Below, in pieces: positions 9,911-18,443 of a stretch of 64,000 nucleotides of DNA. Under the pieces are notes generated by a model, which was not told the DNA's origin, did not search any database, and saw only the letters and a list, made by a program, of their open reading frames with translations. Source of the DNA: Candidatus Uhrbacteria bacterium (lineage in GTDB: Bacteria > Patescibacteriota > Patescibacteriia > UBA9934); the NCBI GenBank assembly GCA_963822405.1, contig CAWGHH010000001.1:293373-357372 (forward strand), given 5' to 3'. Numbering within the stretch: the stretch's first letter is position 1; each line of letters begins with the position of its first letter. The position numbers were made by a program, and so were the translations under genes.

Positions 9911-10294
9911 GTGGAAAAGGACTTTGATAAATGGAATGTAGTGAAGCAAACACTTCATCATCGACGGCATAAAATGTTTGTAAAAGAACGAGAAGTTTGG
10001 TGGTGTTCGATCGGCGTCAATGTAGGACATGAGGAAAATGGAAAAAATGAGACCTACGAAAGACCGGTGTTGATTCTCAGAAAGATGCAACCGGAACTAT
10101 TCCTCGCGGTTCCATTGTCGACAAAACTCAGAGAATCAATATCACGATTCGAACACCGGAGAAAAGAAAAAAATGAAGCGGTACTCTTGGGTCAGCTGCG
10201 TATACTAAGTACGAGCAGACTTCAGCGCAGAATGTGGCGAATGGCTGAGGGAGAATTTGAGGAAATCAAGAAACAGCTAAAAGATCTCATATAA
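9911..10294 (+). CDS. MazF/PemK-family endoribonuclease toxin-like protein
   Basis: 127 aa. KEREVWWCSIGVNVGHEENGK...RPVLILRK...AVPLSTK...LGQLRILSTSRL follows the MazF/PemK fold pattern (RGD-V..-D-G.E..K.RP.LV...P.TS...QIR..D..RL). Starts 3 nt after the pheS stop. Confidence 0.55.
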   Translation: MEKDFDKWNVVKQTLHHRRHKMFVKEREVWWCSIGVNVGHEENGKNETYERPVLILRKMQPELFLAVPLSTKLRESISRFEHRRKEKNEAVLLGQLRILSTSRLQRRMWRMAEGEFEEIKKQLKDLI

Positions 10295-10383
10295 AATCGA
10301 AACGCGCCCGTATGGGCGCGAATCTCGGGGGCCTTACGGCCATGTGTAATCGCAGTATATCATAGTTTCTGAAAAGTACAAAT

Positions 10384-12810
10384 ATGAACATTCTCGCTTC
10401 GTACAACTGGATTAGAGAGTACCTCAACACGACTTTATCAGCCGACGAGTTCGCAAAAGAGCTGTCACTCAAATCCATGTCCGTTGAAAAAATCGACGCT
10501 CTTTGGGGTAAGTTTGAACACATGGTAGTCGGCGTCATTAAGGAAATCAAAGCGCATCCAAATGCGAATAAACTTCGTATTGCGGTAACCGACATTGGCG
10601 ACAAGACCGTCGAGATCGTCTGCGGAGGATCGAATCTAGAAGTCGGCCAGCGCGTATTTGTCGCACTTCCTGGTGCGAAAGTTAAGTGGCACGGCGAAGG
10701 TGAACTGGTCACGCTCGCTGAAGTAGAAATTCGCGGTGTCAAAAGCATTGGCATGATTTGCGCGCCAGCCGAAGTCGGGTTCGACAAAATTCCTGCGGGC
10801 GATCATGAGATTTGGGACTTGTCGAAAATCACGGACGCAAAAGCTGGCACATTAATCGTTGACGCGCTCGAACTCCAGGACACGATTTTTGACATCGAGG
10901 TCACAACAAACCGCCCAGACTGCATGAGCATTATGGGTCTTGCAAGTGAAGGCGCTGCAGCTGTAGACGGTCATTTCGGTTTCGCTCCTCCCCCTCCACG
11001 CAGTGGAGGGGGTAAGGGGGGAGGACAAACCATTAGCGTGTCGATCGAGTCAAAGAAGTGTTCGCGCTACATGGCGGCCGTAGTTAAGAACGTCAAAGTC
11101 GGTCCATCACCTTGGTGGCTCCAAAAGAAGTTGCTTCTCGCCGGTCATCGTCCAATTAACAACATTGTCGACATCACTAATTTGGTTTTACACGAACTTG
11201 GCCAACCCCTGCATGCATTCGACGCGTCGAAAATTCGCGGTAATCAAATTATTGTTCGTGATGCAAAGAAGGGCGAGAAGATGAAAGCTCTGGACAACAA
11301 AGAATACACGCTCTCAAAGTCTAATTTGGTAATTGCTGACGCCGAAGGGCCAATGGCTGTTGCTGGCGTAATGGGCGGGGAAGTGAGTTCGACAACTAAC
11401 GAAACAACCACAGTCGTCTTTGAAGCAGCGACATTTGATGCCGTATCGGTTCGTCGTACGGCTCGTGATCTGAACTTGTATTCTGACTCGCAACTTGTTT
11501 TTGAAAAAGGTTTATCTACCCAGGCTGTACCAATTGCCATGGCGCGAGCGCTTGAGCTGGTCGAGCAACTAGCCGGGGGAGTTGTCGAGGGTTTGACTGA
11601 TGTTCAACCGAAGGCTTATAAGCCGCTTGTTTTCAAGACCTCGACCAAGAAAATCCGTTCTAGAATTGGCGTTGATGTTTCTGATGAGCAAATTCAAAAG
11701 ATTCTAACAAAGCTCGGCTTCATGCTTGAGGTCAAGGGCTCGACCATCACGGCAACGATTCCTTTCTGGCGCGATCATGACATTGAATCGGAGGTCGACC
11801 TGACCGAAGAAGTCGCTCGCATGTACGGCTATCACAACATGCCGTCGATTCTTCCTGCCGTTACTCCGCCTCCAGCTGTCGACGATATTGCTGTAGTTTG
11901 GGAACGCAAACTTAAGCGCTTACTCGCCTCACTCGGTTACACTGAATTCTTCGGAACGTCGCTCATTGACGGTCGGGATCTTGAGCGTTTCGGTATCACG
12001 CCGCTCGACGCTGTCAAAATCTTGAACCCGCTGGCCGAGGACTTGGCCTACATGCGCCCGACGCTCATTCCGTCGATCTTACGTGACATCGAAAAGAATC
12101 AGGCAACTACCGGCTCGGCCAATATTTTCGAATTATCTCGTGTGCATCTCCCCGACACCCTACACGCTACCCCCTACGCCCTTCCTCTCGAACAGTATCG
12201 CTTAGCTATCGCCGACTATGGCTATGACAACTCCGAAGCCGCTTTTATGGGTCTCAAGGGCACGCTTGAACGACTCGGCAAAGAAACTGGCATTACTTTC
12301 TCTCTTACTCGCGTGAACGAGGCGCCACGTTTCCATCCTGGTCGGGCGGCTGATATTCACGCTGAACTAAACGGCGTTCGAACTCTCGCTGGCATGATGG
12401 GGGAGATTTCACCGGCCGTAGAAAGTGCTTTTGGTCTAGAGAAGCAAGTATTCTTGATCGATCTCAACCTTGAGGCACTTCTTCCGCACCTCAAAAAGTC
12501 TTTGCGCTACGAGCCTCTCACGTCTTTCCCCGTTTCTCGTCGCGATATCTCGTTTGTTGTTAATGAACGCATCGCCTTTGAGGACCTAACATCAGTAATT
12601 GGTGCCTCAACAACTTTACAACTCCACAACTCCATAACTCTCGTCGACATCTACCGCGGTGCCGGCGTAGACAATGGCAAAAAGTCTTTGACGCTATCCT
12701 TAACCTTCTCCGCGGCCGATAGAACCCTAACCAGCGATGAGGTCGAATCCGAAATTAAACGCATTACCACAGCTCTCGAGGGCAAATTCGGCGCAACCAT
12801 GCGTGGGTAG
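10384..12810 (+). CDS. pheT: phenylalanine--tRNA ligase beta subunit
   Basis: 808 aa. N-terminal tRNA-binding (OB) domain (EIVCGGSNLEVGQRVFVALPG). B3/B4 and B5 domains. FELSRVHLP motif. C-terminal FDX-like domain. Confidence 0.85.
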   Translation: MNILASYNWIREYLNTTLSADEFAKELSLKSMSVEKIDALWGKFEHMVVGVIKEIKAHPNANKLRIAVTDIGDKTVEIVCGGSNLEVGQRVFVALPGAKVKWHGEGELVTLAEVEIRGVKSIGMICAPAEVGFDKIPAGDHEIWDLSKITDAKAGTLIVDALELQDTIFDIEVTTNRPDCMSIMGLASEGAAAVDGHFGFAPPPPRSGGGKGGGQTISVSIESKKCSRYMAAVVKNVKVGPSPWWLQKKLLLAGHRPINNIVDITNLVLHELGQPLHAFDASKIRGNQIIVRDAKKGEKMKALDNKEYTLSKSNLVIADAEGPMAVAGVMGGEVSSTTNETTTVVFEAATFDAVSVRRTARDLNLYSDSQLVFEKGLSTQAVPIAMARALELVEQLAGGVVEGLTDVQPKAYKPLVFKTSTKKIRSRIGVDVSDEQIQKILTKLGFMLEVKGSTITATIPFWRDHDIESEVDLTEEVARMYGYHNMPSILPAVTPPPAVDDIAVVWERKLKRLLASLGYTEFFGTSLIDGRDLERFGITPLDAVKILNPLAEDLAYMRPTLIPSILRDIEKNQATTGSANIFELSRVHLPDTLHATPYALPLEQYRLAIADYGYDNSEAAFMGLKGTLERLGKETGITFSLTRVNEAPRFHPGRAADIHAELNGVRTLAGMMGEISPAVESAFGLEKQVFLIDLNLEALLPHLKKSLRYEPLTSFPVSRRDISFVVNERIAFEDLTSVIGASTTLQLHNSITLVDIYRGAGVDNGKKSLTLSLTFSAADRTLTSDEVESEIKRITTALEGKFGATMRG
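12152..12182. repeat. in-frame copy of the GT/CA-rich repeat inside pheT (CCGACACCCTACACGCTACCCCCTACGCC)
   Basis: Shares CGACACCCTAC and ACGCTACNCCCTA with the right-end repeats at 8812 and 12828. Encodes PDTLHATPYALP in PheT. Confidence 0.55.
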
Positions 12811-12827
12811 TGGTATTATTTAGTAAA

Positions 12828-12860
12828 CGACACCCTACTCCCTACACGCTACACCCTATG
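12828..12860. repeat. solo right-end repeat (CGACACCCTACTCCCTACACGCTACACCCTATG) after the pheT stop, ending in the ATG of the next gene
   Basis: Near-identical to 8812-8840 and 38426-38459. A degenerate TAG-containing stretch (GGGTAGTGGTATTATTTAGTAAA) immediately precedes it. Confidence 0.65.
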
Positions 12861-13172
12861 TTAGGAACCCAAGACATTCTCTTCATCGTTCTCGCCTTCT
12901 GCGCTCTCTGGTTCACGGCCTTCCTCTGTTGGCTACTCTTTCAAGCCGCTGGACTTCTTAAGCGCTTGCATGGATTAGTCGACGAACTCAAGACTAAGCT
13001 CGACAACCTAGAAGCCAACATCTCCGGGATGAAAAGAAAATTCGACGGCAACATTGCACTCATAACTGGAATTGCTGATGGAGTACGAAGAATTATCGAG
13101 GCTATGAAGGGAAGAGATGGGTTTACTTCAACCAAAAAAACGTATAAGGGAGATGATGAAGAGATGCTCTAG
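12858..13172 (+). CDS. small membrane protein (N-terminal TM helix, coiled-coil tail), hypothetical
   Basis: ORF-track 12810-13172. Likely start MLGTQDIL at 12858, with the first 16 codons lying in the repeat. One TM helix (IVLAFCALWFTAFLCWLLF). Immediately upstream of the zeta-toxin gene. Confidence 0.4.
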   Translation: MLGTQDILFIVLAFCALWFTAFLCWLLFQAAGLLKRLHGLVDELKTKLDNLEANISGMKRKFDGNIALITGIADGVRRIIEAMKGRDGFTSTKKTYKGDDEEML

Positions 13173-13193
13173 GAAGCGCATATATGATCGAAC

Positions 13194-13910
13194 ATGTTGC
13201 TTTCGGTTGATGAGATCGCAATTAAGGAACGGGCGGACGCGCAAGCGCGAGAGATGAAGACTCGGATCGCGAAAGAAATGACGGATAAGACTATCTATTT
13301 ACCCGACGAATTTCCTGTTTCGGTTTTTATGGCCGGCTCTCCGGGTGCGGGGAAGACCGAGTCATCTCGAAACCTTATTGCGAGGTTGACTGGTGACGGT
13401 CGTGCGGTTCTGAGGATAGATACCGATGAGTTGCGTTCGTTGTTTTCGGAGTATAACGGCCATAACTCACATCTCTTCATGAGCGCAACTTCTTTTCTCG
13501 CAGACAAGATTCACGATCTTGCTTTGAAGAACGGACAGAGCTTTGTTTTTGACGGAACTCTTTCGAACATAAAACGCTCTCGCGAGAATATTGAGCGATC
13601 TCTATCGCGGATAAGGTTTGTCCAGATCGTGTATGTGTATCAAGATCCCTTATTGGCTTGGAGTTTTGTAAAGGCTCGCGAGGCAAAAGATGGGAGGGCT
13701 ATTCCAAAGAGTGATTTTATAGCGAAGTTCTTTGCCGCAAGAGAGAATGTAGATGCTTTAAAGAAGGAGTTTGGTGATAAAATCCGAGTAGATATGGTCG
13801 TGAAGAATATTGATGGTTCTGACTATAGTTACAGCGAAAATATCGACGTTGTTGACAGTCAGATTTTTGAAAAGTACACTAAAATTCAACTTGAAGGTTT
13901 GATTGACTAA
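13194..13910 (+). CDS. zeta-toxin family P-loop kinase
   Basis: 238 aa. Walker A FMAGSPGAGKTE. Conserved FVFDGTLSN (xxEGT/DGT motif of zeta/PezT UDP-GlcNAc kinases). Confidence 0.6.
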   Translation: MLLSVDEIAIKERADAQAREMKTRIAKEMTDKTIYLPDEFPVSVFMAGSPGAGKTESSRNLIARLTGDGRAVLRIDTDELRSLFSEYNGHNSHLFMSATSFLADKIHDLALKNGQSFVFDGTLSNIKRSRENIERSLSRIRFVQIVYVYQDPLLAWSFVKAREAKDGRAIPKSDFIAKFFAARENVDALKKEFGDKIRVDMVVKNIDGSDYSYSENIDVVDSQIFEKYTKIQLEGLID

Positions 13911-13915
13911 TTGCT

Positions 13916-14086
13916 ATGTCTACAGGAATTATTGCCGCTTTACGGTCTGGAGGCTCTGACCGCTCGAGCGCATTTTCAAAGTTTTTTCGCGAGGCATCTT
14001 CAACTGAAAAGAAGAAGGTTTTTCTGGATGTTGCAAAAAAAGCCAGTCAAGATCAGCGCGATGTCATGAAAGCACTTCGTCCATAG
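13916..14086 (+). CDS. small hypothetical ORF (56 aa) downstream of the zeta-toxin gene
   Basis: ATG at 13916 to TAG at 14084-14086 (MSTGIIAALRSGGSDRSS...VMKALRP). Below the ORF-track length cutoff. No recognisable motif. Confidence 0.2.
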   Translation: MSTGIIAALRSGGSDRSSAFSKFFREASSTEKKKVFLDVAKKASQDQRDVMKALRP

Positions 14087-14440
14087 AAATAAAAGGAGTC
14101 CCTGTCGGCAATGGCGGGGATTTTTGTTTTGTAAGGCTTATTACCGGAGCCGGTAAAAAGTATTCAGGATAGTTAGAGGTATTTTGCTGTAACAAAAAAA
14201 CCGATCAAATGATCGGGTGCTTTGTAGAAGTCGCGTCTCAAGAAGTCGTCCTCTTCAGCTTAGACCCGAGGAGCCCCCCGGGGAACACTGAAGCGCTTCA
14301 AGAGGTATTATTGCAACTTCGCCTCAAATATATCTCAAAATATCGGCTCCGTAAACTTACCCACAATGTACCTAATGAGCAATCTATATTACTTCATCGT
14401 CGGCAGGAACGAGAGTTGAGGAATATTCCGTTTACGCTAC

Positions 14441-14482
14441 TTGACTAGTGTAAACAAAAGTATATAATCTGTTTATACTAGC
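14441..14482 (+). promoter_or_regulatory. sigma70-like promoter (TTGACT-N16-TATAAT) with palindromic operator flanking the -10, upstream of the Fic gene
   Basis: TTGACT at 14441-14446 and TATAAT at 14463-14468. Inverted repeat TAGTGTAAACA (14446-14456) / TGTTTATACTA (14470-14480) brackets the -10. Confidence 0.45.
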
Positions 14483-14486
14483 TATT

Positions 14487-15650
14487 TTGCATAAACAAAA
14501 AAATTATATGCCAAAAAACATATTGGGTAATTTGAAGAAACATAAGAGCGGGTATCAATACCTTTCACTTTCGGCATTCCCGCCTGAGTTAAAGGAGGTG
14601 CTTTCTGGTGCATTATTAGAGAAGGCTGATTATGCACAATTTTGCTTGGGCAAGCTTTCCGGTATTACTCACCTTCTTCCGGATGTAGATTTTTTCATTT
14701 CTTCGTATATAACTAAAGACGCTACCTCTTCTTCGCAGATCGAGGGAACAAAAGCCACTATGGCCGACGCCTTTGAATATGCGGCAAATCCCAACGACGA
14801 TAATTCTGATGCCGATGATATTTCGCATTATATTTCCGCACTTCATTACGGTCTTAAGCGACTAGGCGGAGATAATTTCCCCTTCGCTTTGCGTTTTATC
14901 AAGGAGCTTCATAAAGAATTAATGAAGAATGCAAGGTCGACTCATTTTTCCGATCCAGGTGAGTTTCGCACGTCTCAAAACTGGATTGGTGGCACTACTC
15001 CAACCAATGCTAGTTTTGTGCCTCCTGCGCCGGAAGAACTCACTCGACCATTAAAAGATCTTGAGAGCTTCATACACGTCAGACACTTTCATCCGGTACT
15101 TCAAGCCGGCTTGCTTCATGCACAGTTCGAAACCATTCACCCATTTTTGGACGGTAACGGAAGAACGGGCCGGTTATTGATTACATTCTATTTGATTCAG
15201 CAAAGACTTCTTGAGAGACCGGTGCTGTTTTTGTCTTCTTACTTTAAGAAGCATCAGAAGCTCTACTATCAGAGGCTTTCCGGATACCACCATGGTGAAA
15301 TCGGTCCATGGCTTGATTTCTTTCTTGATGGAATTATCGAGACTGCAGAGCAGGCTATTTCGGTATCTATCGCCGTTACTGCCTTGAGAGATAAGGATTT
15401 AAAAACGGTAGCGACTCTCGGAAAATCAGTCTCTGAAGTTTCTTCGAATATTCTTCAGCGCTTATACCAGAATCCGATCGTGTCTACAGCGCTAATAGAA
15501 CAGTGGACCGGTTACACTAGACCAGGTGTTATCAAAATCATTGATAAGTTGATGAAAGTGGGAATTCTAGAACTTTATCGCAAGGGGGAGGGTACGAAAC
15601 CGTCTGTGTATATTCATCGTGAATATGTAAACTTGTTTGCTGAAAAGTAG
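14487..15650 (+). CDS. Fic family protein (AMPylase/phosphocholine-transferase fold) with C-terminal winged-helix domain
   Basis: 387 aa. Fic motif HPFLDGNGRTGRLLITFYL. The start may be the second ATG at 14508 (MPKNILG). Confidence 0.8.
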   Translation: MHKQKNYMPKNILGNLKKHKSGYQYLSLSAFPPELKEVLSGALLEKADYAQFCLGKLSGITHLLPDVDFFISSYITKDATSSSQIEGTKATMADAFEYAANPNDDNSDADDISHYISALHYGLKRLGGDNFPFALRFIKELHKELMKNARSTHFSDPGEFRTSQNWIGGTTPTNASFVPPAPEELTRPLKDLESFIHVRHFHPVLQAGLLHAQFETIHPFLDGNGRTGRLLITFYLIQQRLLERPVLFLSSYFKKHQKLYYQRLSGYHHGEIGPWLDFFLDGIIETAEQAISVSIAVTALRDKDLKTVATLGKSVSEVSSNILQRLYQNPIVSTALIEQWTGYTRPGVIKIIDKLMKVGILELYRKGEGTKPSVYIHREYVNLFAEK

Positions 15651-15710
15651 GAATGTGCAATTAGTGCACATTCTAAGCAAACAATCCGATCTTCCGACCG
15701 GATTTTTGTT

Positions 15711-16244
15711 TTAAGGTGAATTCCGAATTTTCGCCCTAATTTGTTTATGGTTTGGGATTGTTTGTTCAACCAGTTTCCAAAACCTCACCGAGTGATTCAT
15801 CTGCGCCAAATGACACAGTTCATGGACGACAATATAGTCCACTTGTTCCTGTGTCAGATGAACAATCCGATAATTAAAACTCAGCGTTCCCGTACTGGTA
15901 CAACTACCCCAACGAGTTTTCTGATTTCTGATAGATACTTTCTTCCAGGACAACTTATAGAATTTATTGAAATAGTCGAGTCTCGACTCCACAAGTTCAA
16001 GCGCCCTATCTTTTAGCCGACCATAATCAGCCCTCGTCCCGCCACGTAGTAGACTTGGCGGTCGAGCCTTGGCTTTGGCGACGTGTTCAACTATCCACGC
16101 CGACTTCTGTTCGACGAACTGATTGATCATCCATGCTGGCACGCGCTTGTGTGCGGTGACCGTACACGCCCCATCCGCGCCAATGCGAATACGTATCCCA
16201 CGCGAGCGGGGGTGGCGTTTTAGTGCGAACTCGACGGAGGGCAT
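15711..16244 (-). CDS. DUF45/YgjP-like HExxH metal-dependent hydrolase
   Basis: 177 aa. VVHELCHLAQMNHSVRFWKLV matches the DUF45 signature. Divergent from hsdM. Confidence 0.65.
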   Translation of the reverse strand: MPSVEFALKRHPRSRGIRIRIGADGACTVTAHKRVPAWMINQFVEQKSAWIVEHVAKAKARPPSLLRGGTRADYGRLKDRALELVESRLDYFNKFYKLSWKKVSIRNQKTRWGSCTSTGTLSFNYRIVHLTQEQVDYIVVHELCHLAQMNHSVRFWKLVEQTIPNHKQIRAKIRNSP

Positions 16245-16361
16245 AGCGTGGACATGGTATCAGTAAGGCGATTAAAATTGAACCTCGATTTCTTGCGTCA
16301 TATGTGGGAGAATGGCGTACAGTGCGGATATCCATTCGCGTAGCATATAAACAGTCCAGAT

Positions 16362-17921
16362 ATGACCAAAGAACAAGAACGTTCAGAGCTGCACCGTGCC
16401 ATTTGGCAAATTGCTAATGATCTTCGAGGAAGCGTGGATGGGTGGGATTTTAAGCAATATGTGCTTGGAATGCTTTTTTATCGGTTTATCAGCGAGAATT
16501 TAACGAATTACATTAATTCCGAGGAGCGTCGCACGGGAAAGAAGGATTTTGATTACGCCACACTTTCAGATAAGGAGGCTGAATTTGGTCGAGCCGATAC
16601 GGTGCAGGAGAAAGGTTTTTATATTCCGCCGAGGGATCTTTTTGTTAACGTTCGCAGTAAAGCTAGAAATAACCCCAATCTCAACGAATCACTGGTAAAT
16701 GTTTTTCGAGATATTGAGAGTTCCGCTAAGGGATTTGAAAGTGAAGACGATATTAAGGGATTATTTCAGGATCTCGACGTTAACTCAGCCAAGCTTGGTA
16801 ATACTGTAGAACAACGAAATCAAAAGCTTGTAAAGCTTCTTGAGGCTATTGGCGACCTTCGGCTTGGTAACTATTCGGACAATAGTATTGATGCTTTCGG
16901 CGACGCATATGAGTTCCTCATGACCATGTATGCATCGAGTGCAGGAAAGTCCGGGGGAGAGTTCTATACCCCGCAGGAAGTGAGCGAGCTTCTTGCCGAA
17001 ATTACCACTGTCGGCAAAAAAGAAGTAAATAAAGTGTATGACCCAGCGTGCGGATCTGGTTCTTTGCTTTTGAAGTTTGCCAAGGTGCTCGGAAAAGAAA
17101 ATGTTCGACAAGGTTTCTATGGTCAGGAGATTAATCTCACCACCTATAACCTCTGTCGTATCAACATGTTCTTGCACGACATTAACTACAATAATTTTGA
17201 CATTGCTCTTGGCGACACGTTGACCGATCCAAAGCATTGGGACGAAGAACCTTTTGACGCCATTGTTTCTAACCCGCCTTACTCAATTAACTGGGAAGGC
17301 GACGCTAATCCGCTCCTCATTAATGATCCTCGATTTGCGCCCGCCGGTGTACTCGCGCCAAAGAGTAAGGCTGATCTCGCGTTTACCATGCACATGCTTT
17401 CATGGCTTTCTACGAGTGGCACCGCTGCGATTGTTGAGTTCCCTGGTGTTCTCTATCGTGGTGGTGCAGAGCAGAAAATCAGAAAATATCTTGTAGACAA
17501 TAACTACGTTGATGCCGTTATTCAGCTTCCGCCTGATTTGTTCTTTGGTACTACTATTGCTACCTGTATTATCGTAATCAAGAAGAGCAAGAAAGATAAT
17601 AAAGTGCTATTTATTGATGCTTCAGCTGAATTTGCGAGAGGCGGGAACAAAAATAAGCTGTCAGATGTTAATCGAAAGAAAATATTGGACGCTTTCATTT
17701 CTCGTCAGGACGCTGAATATTTCGCAAAACTCGTCGACAACCAGGTAGTAACAGAAAACGATTACAACATCGCCGTATCAAGTTATGTGGTAGCGGAGGA
17801 TACACGGGAGGTCATCGATATCACAGAGCTCAATAAGAAAATTACCGGCATTGTTGCGCGCGAGAATGAGTTGCGCATTGCAATTGACGAGATTGTGGCG
17901 GATATTGAGGGAGTGAAATAG
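16362..17921 (+). CDS. hsdM: type I restriction-modification system DNA methyltransferase subunit
   Basis: 519 aa. N-terminal HsdM_N. Motif I DPACGSGSLL. Motif IV SNPPYS (N6-adenine MTase). Confidence 0.9.
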   Translation: MTKEQERSELHRAIWQIANDLRGSVDGWDFKQYVLGMLFYRFISENLTNYINSEERRTGKKDFDYATLSDKEAEFGRADTVQEKGFYIPPRDLFVNVRSKARNNPNLNESLVNVFRDIESSAKGFESEDDIKGLFQDLDVNSAKLGNTVEQRNQKLVKLLEAIGDLRLGNYSDNSIDAFGDAYEFLMTMYASSAGKSGGEFYTPQEVSELLAEITTVGKKEVNKVYDPACGSGSLLLKFAKVLGKENVRQGFYGQEINLTTYNLCRINMFLHDINYNNFDIALGDTLTDPKHWDEEPFDAIVSNPPYSINWEGDANPLLINDPRFAPAGVLAPKSKADLAFTMHMLSWLSTSGTAAIVEFPGVLYRGGAEQKIRKYLVDNNYVDAVIQLPPDLFFGTTIATCIIVIKKSKKDNKVLFIDASAEFARGGNKNKLSDVNRKKILDAFISRQDAEYFAKLVDNQVVTENDYNIAVSSYVVAEDTREVIDITELNKKITGIVARENELRIAIDEIVADIEGVK

Positions 17922-17924
17922 CCT

Positions 17925-18419
17925 ATGGAAGATCAACCAAACAATGAAATCGTTATCTATACCGGGGACGGCGGTCAACCCGTTATTCAGGTGCGTATTG
18001 TGGGGGAGACAGTCTGGCTAACTCAGGCGCAGCTGGCTGAGCTTTTCGGCACAACCAAGCAGAATATTAGCCTTCACATACAAAATATTTTTGAGGAGGG
18101 CGAGCTGGCTCCCCGAGCAACTGTCAAGGAATACTTGATAGTTCAAACAGAGGGAAATAGAGAGGTTTCCCGCCAAATAGATCATTACAATCTCGACCTC
18201 ATTATATCCGTTGGATATCGAATAAAATCCCAAATTGCGACACATTTTAGACAATGGGCCACGGCGCGGCTTCGGGAATATATTGTCAAAGGATTTACGA
18301 TGGATGACGAGCGTTTGGAAAACACTGGTGGCCAGTTGCGCAGATTCCTATATAAGTATAACTTCGAGCTAATCACCCATTTTTTTCAATGTTTTCCACG
18401 CCTTCTTCGTTGTGGATAA
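17925..18419 (+). CDS. RhuM-family virulence-protein N-terminal fragment (truncated paralog of the 29947-30912 RhuM-Doc protein)
   Basis: 164 aa. DLIISVGYRIKSQIATHFRQWATARLREYIVKGFTMDDERL aligns with AIISVGYRVNSVTATKFRQWATKTLRQHITKGYTINPKVI at 29947+. Lacks the C-terminal half. Confidence 0.5.
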   Translation: MEDQPNNEIVIYTGDGGQPVIQVRIVGETVWLTQAQLAELFGTTKQNISLHIQNIFEEGELAPRATVKEYLIVQTEGNREVSRQIDHYNLDLIISVGYRIKSQIATHFRQWATARLREYIVKGFTMDDERLENTGGQLRRFLYKYNFELITHFFQCFPRLLRCG

Positions 18420-18443
18420 CCTAAGCCGGGTATAATTATAGAT

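Noticed and set aside
14209-14448. 79-aa ORF upstream of the Fic gene
   Set aside because: It lies in an AT-rich promoter/operator region, has low-complexity sequence, and overlaps predicted promoter elements.
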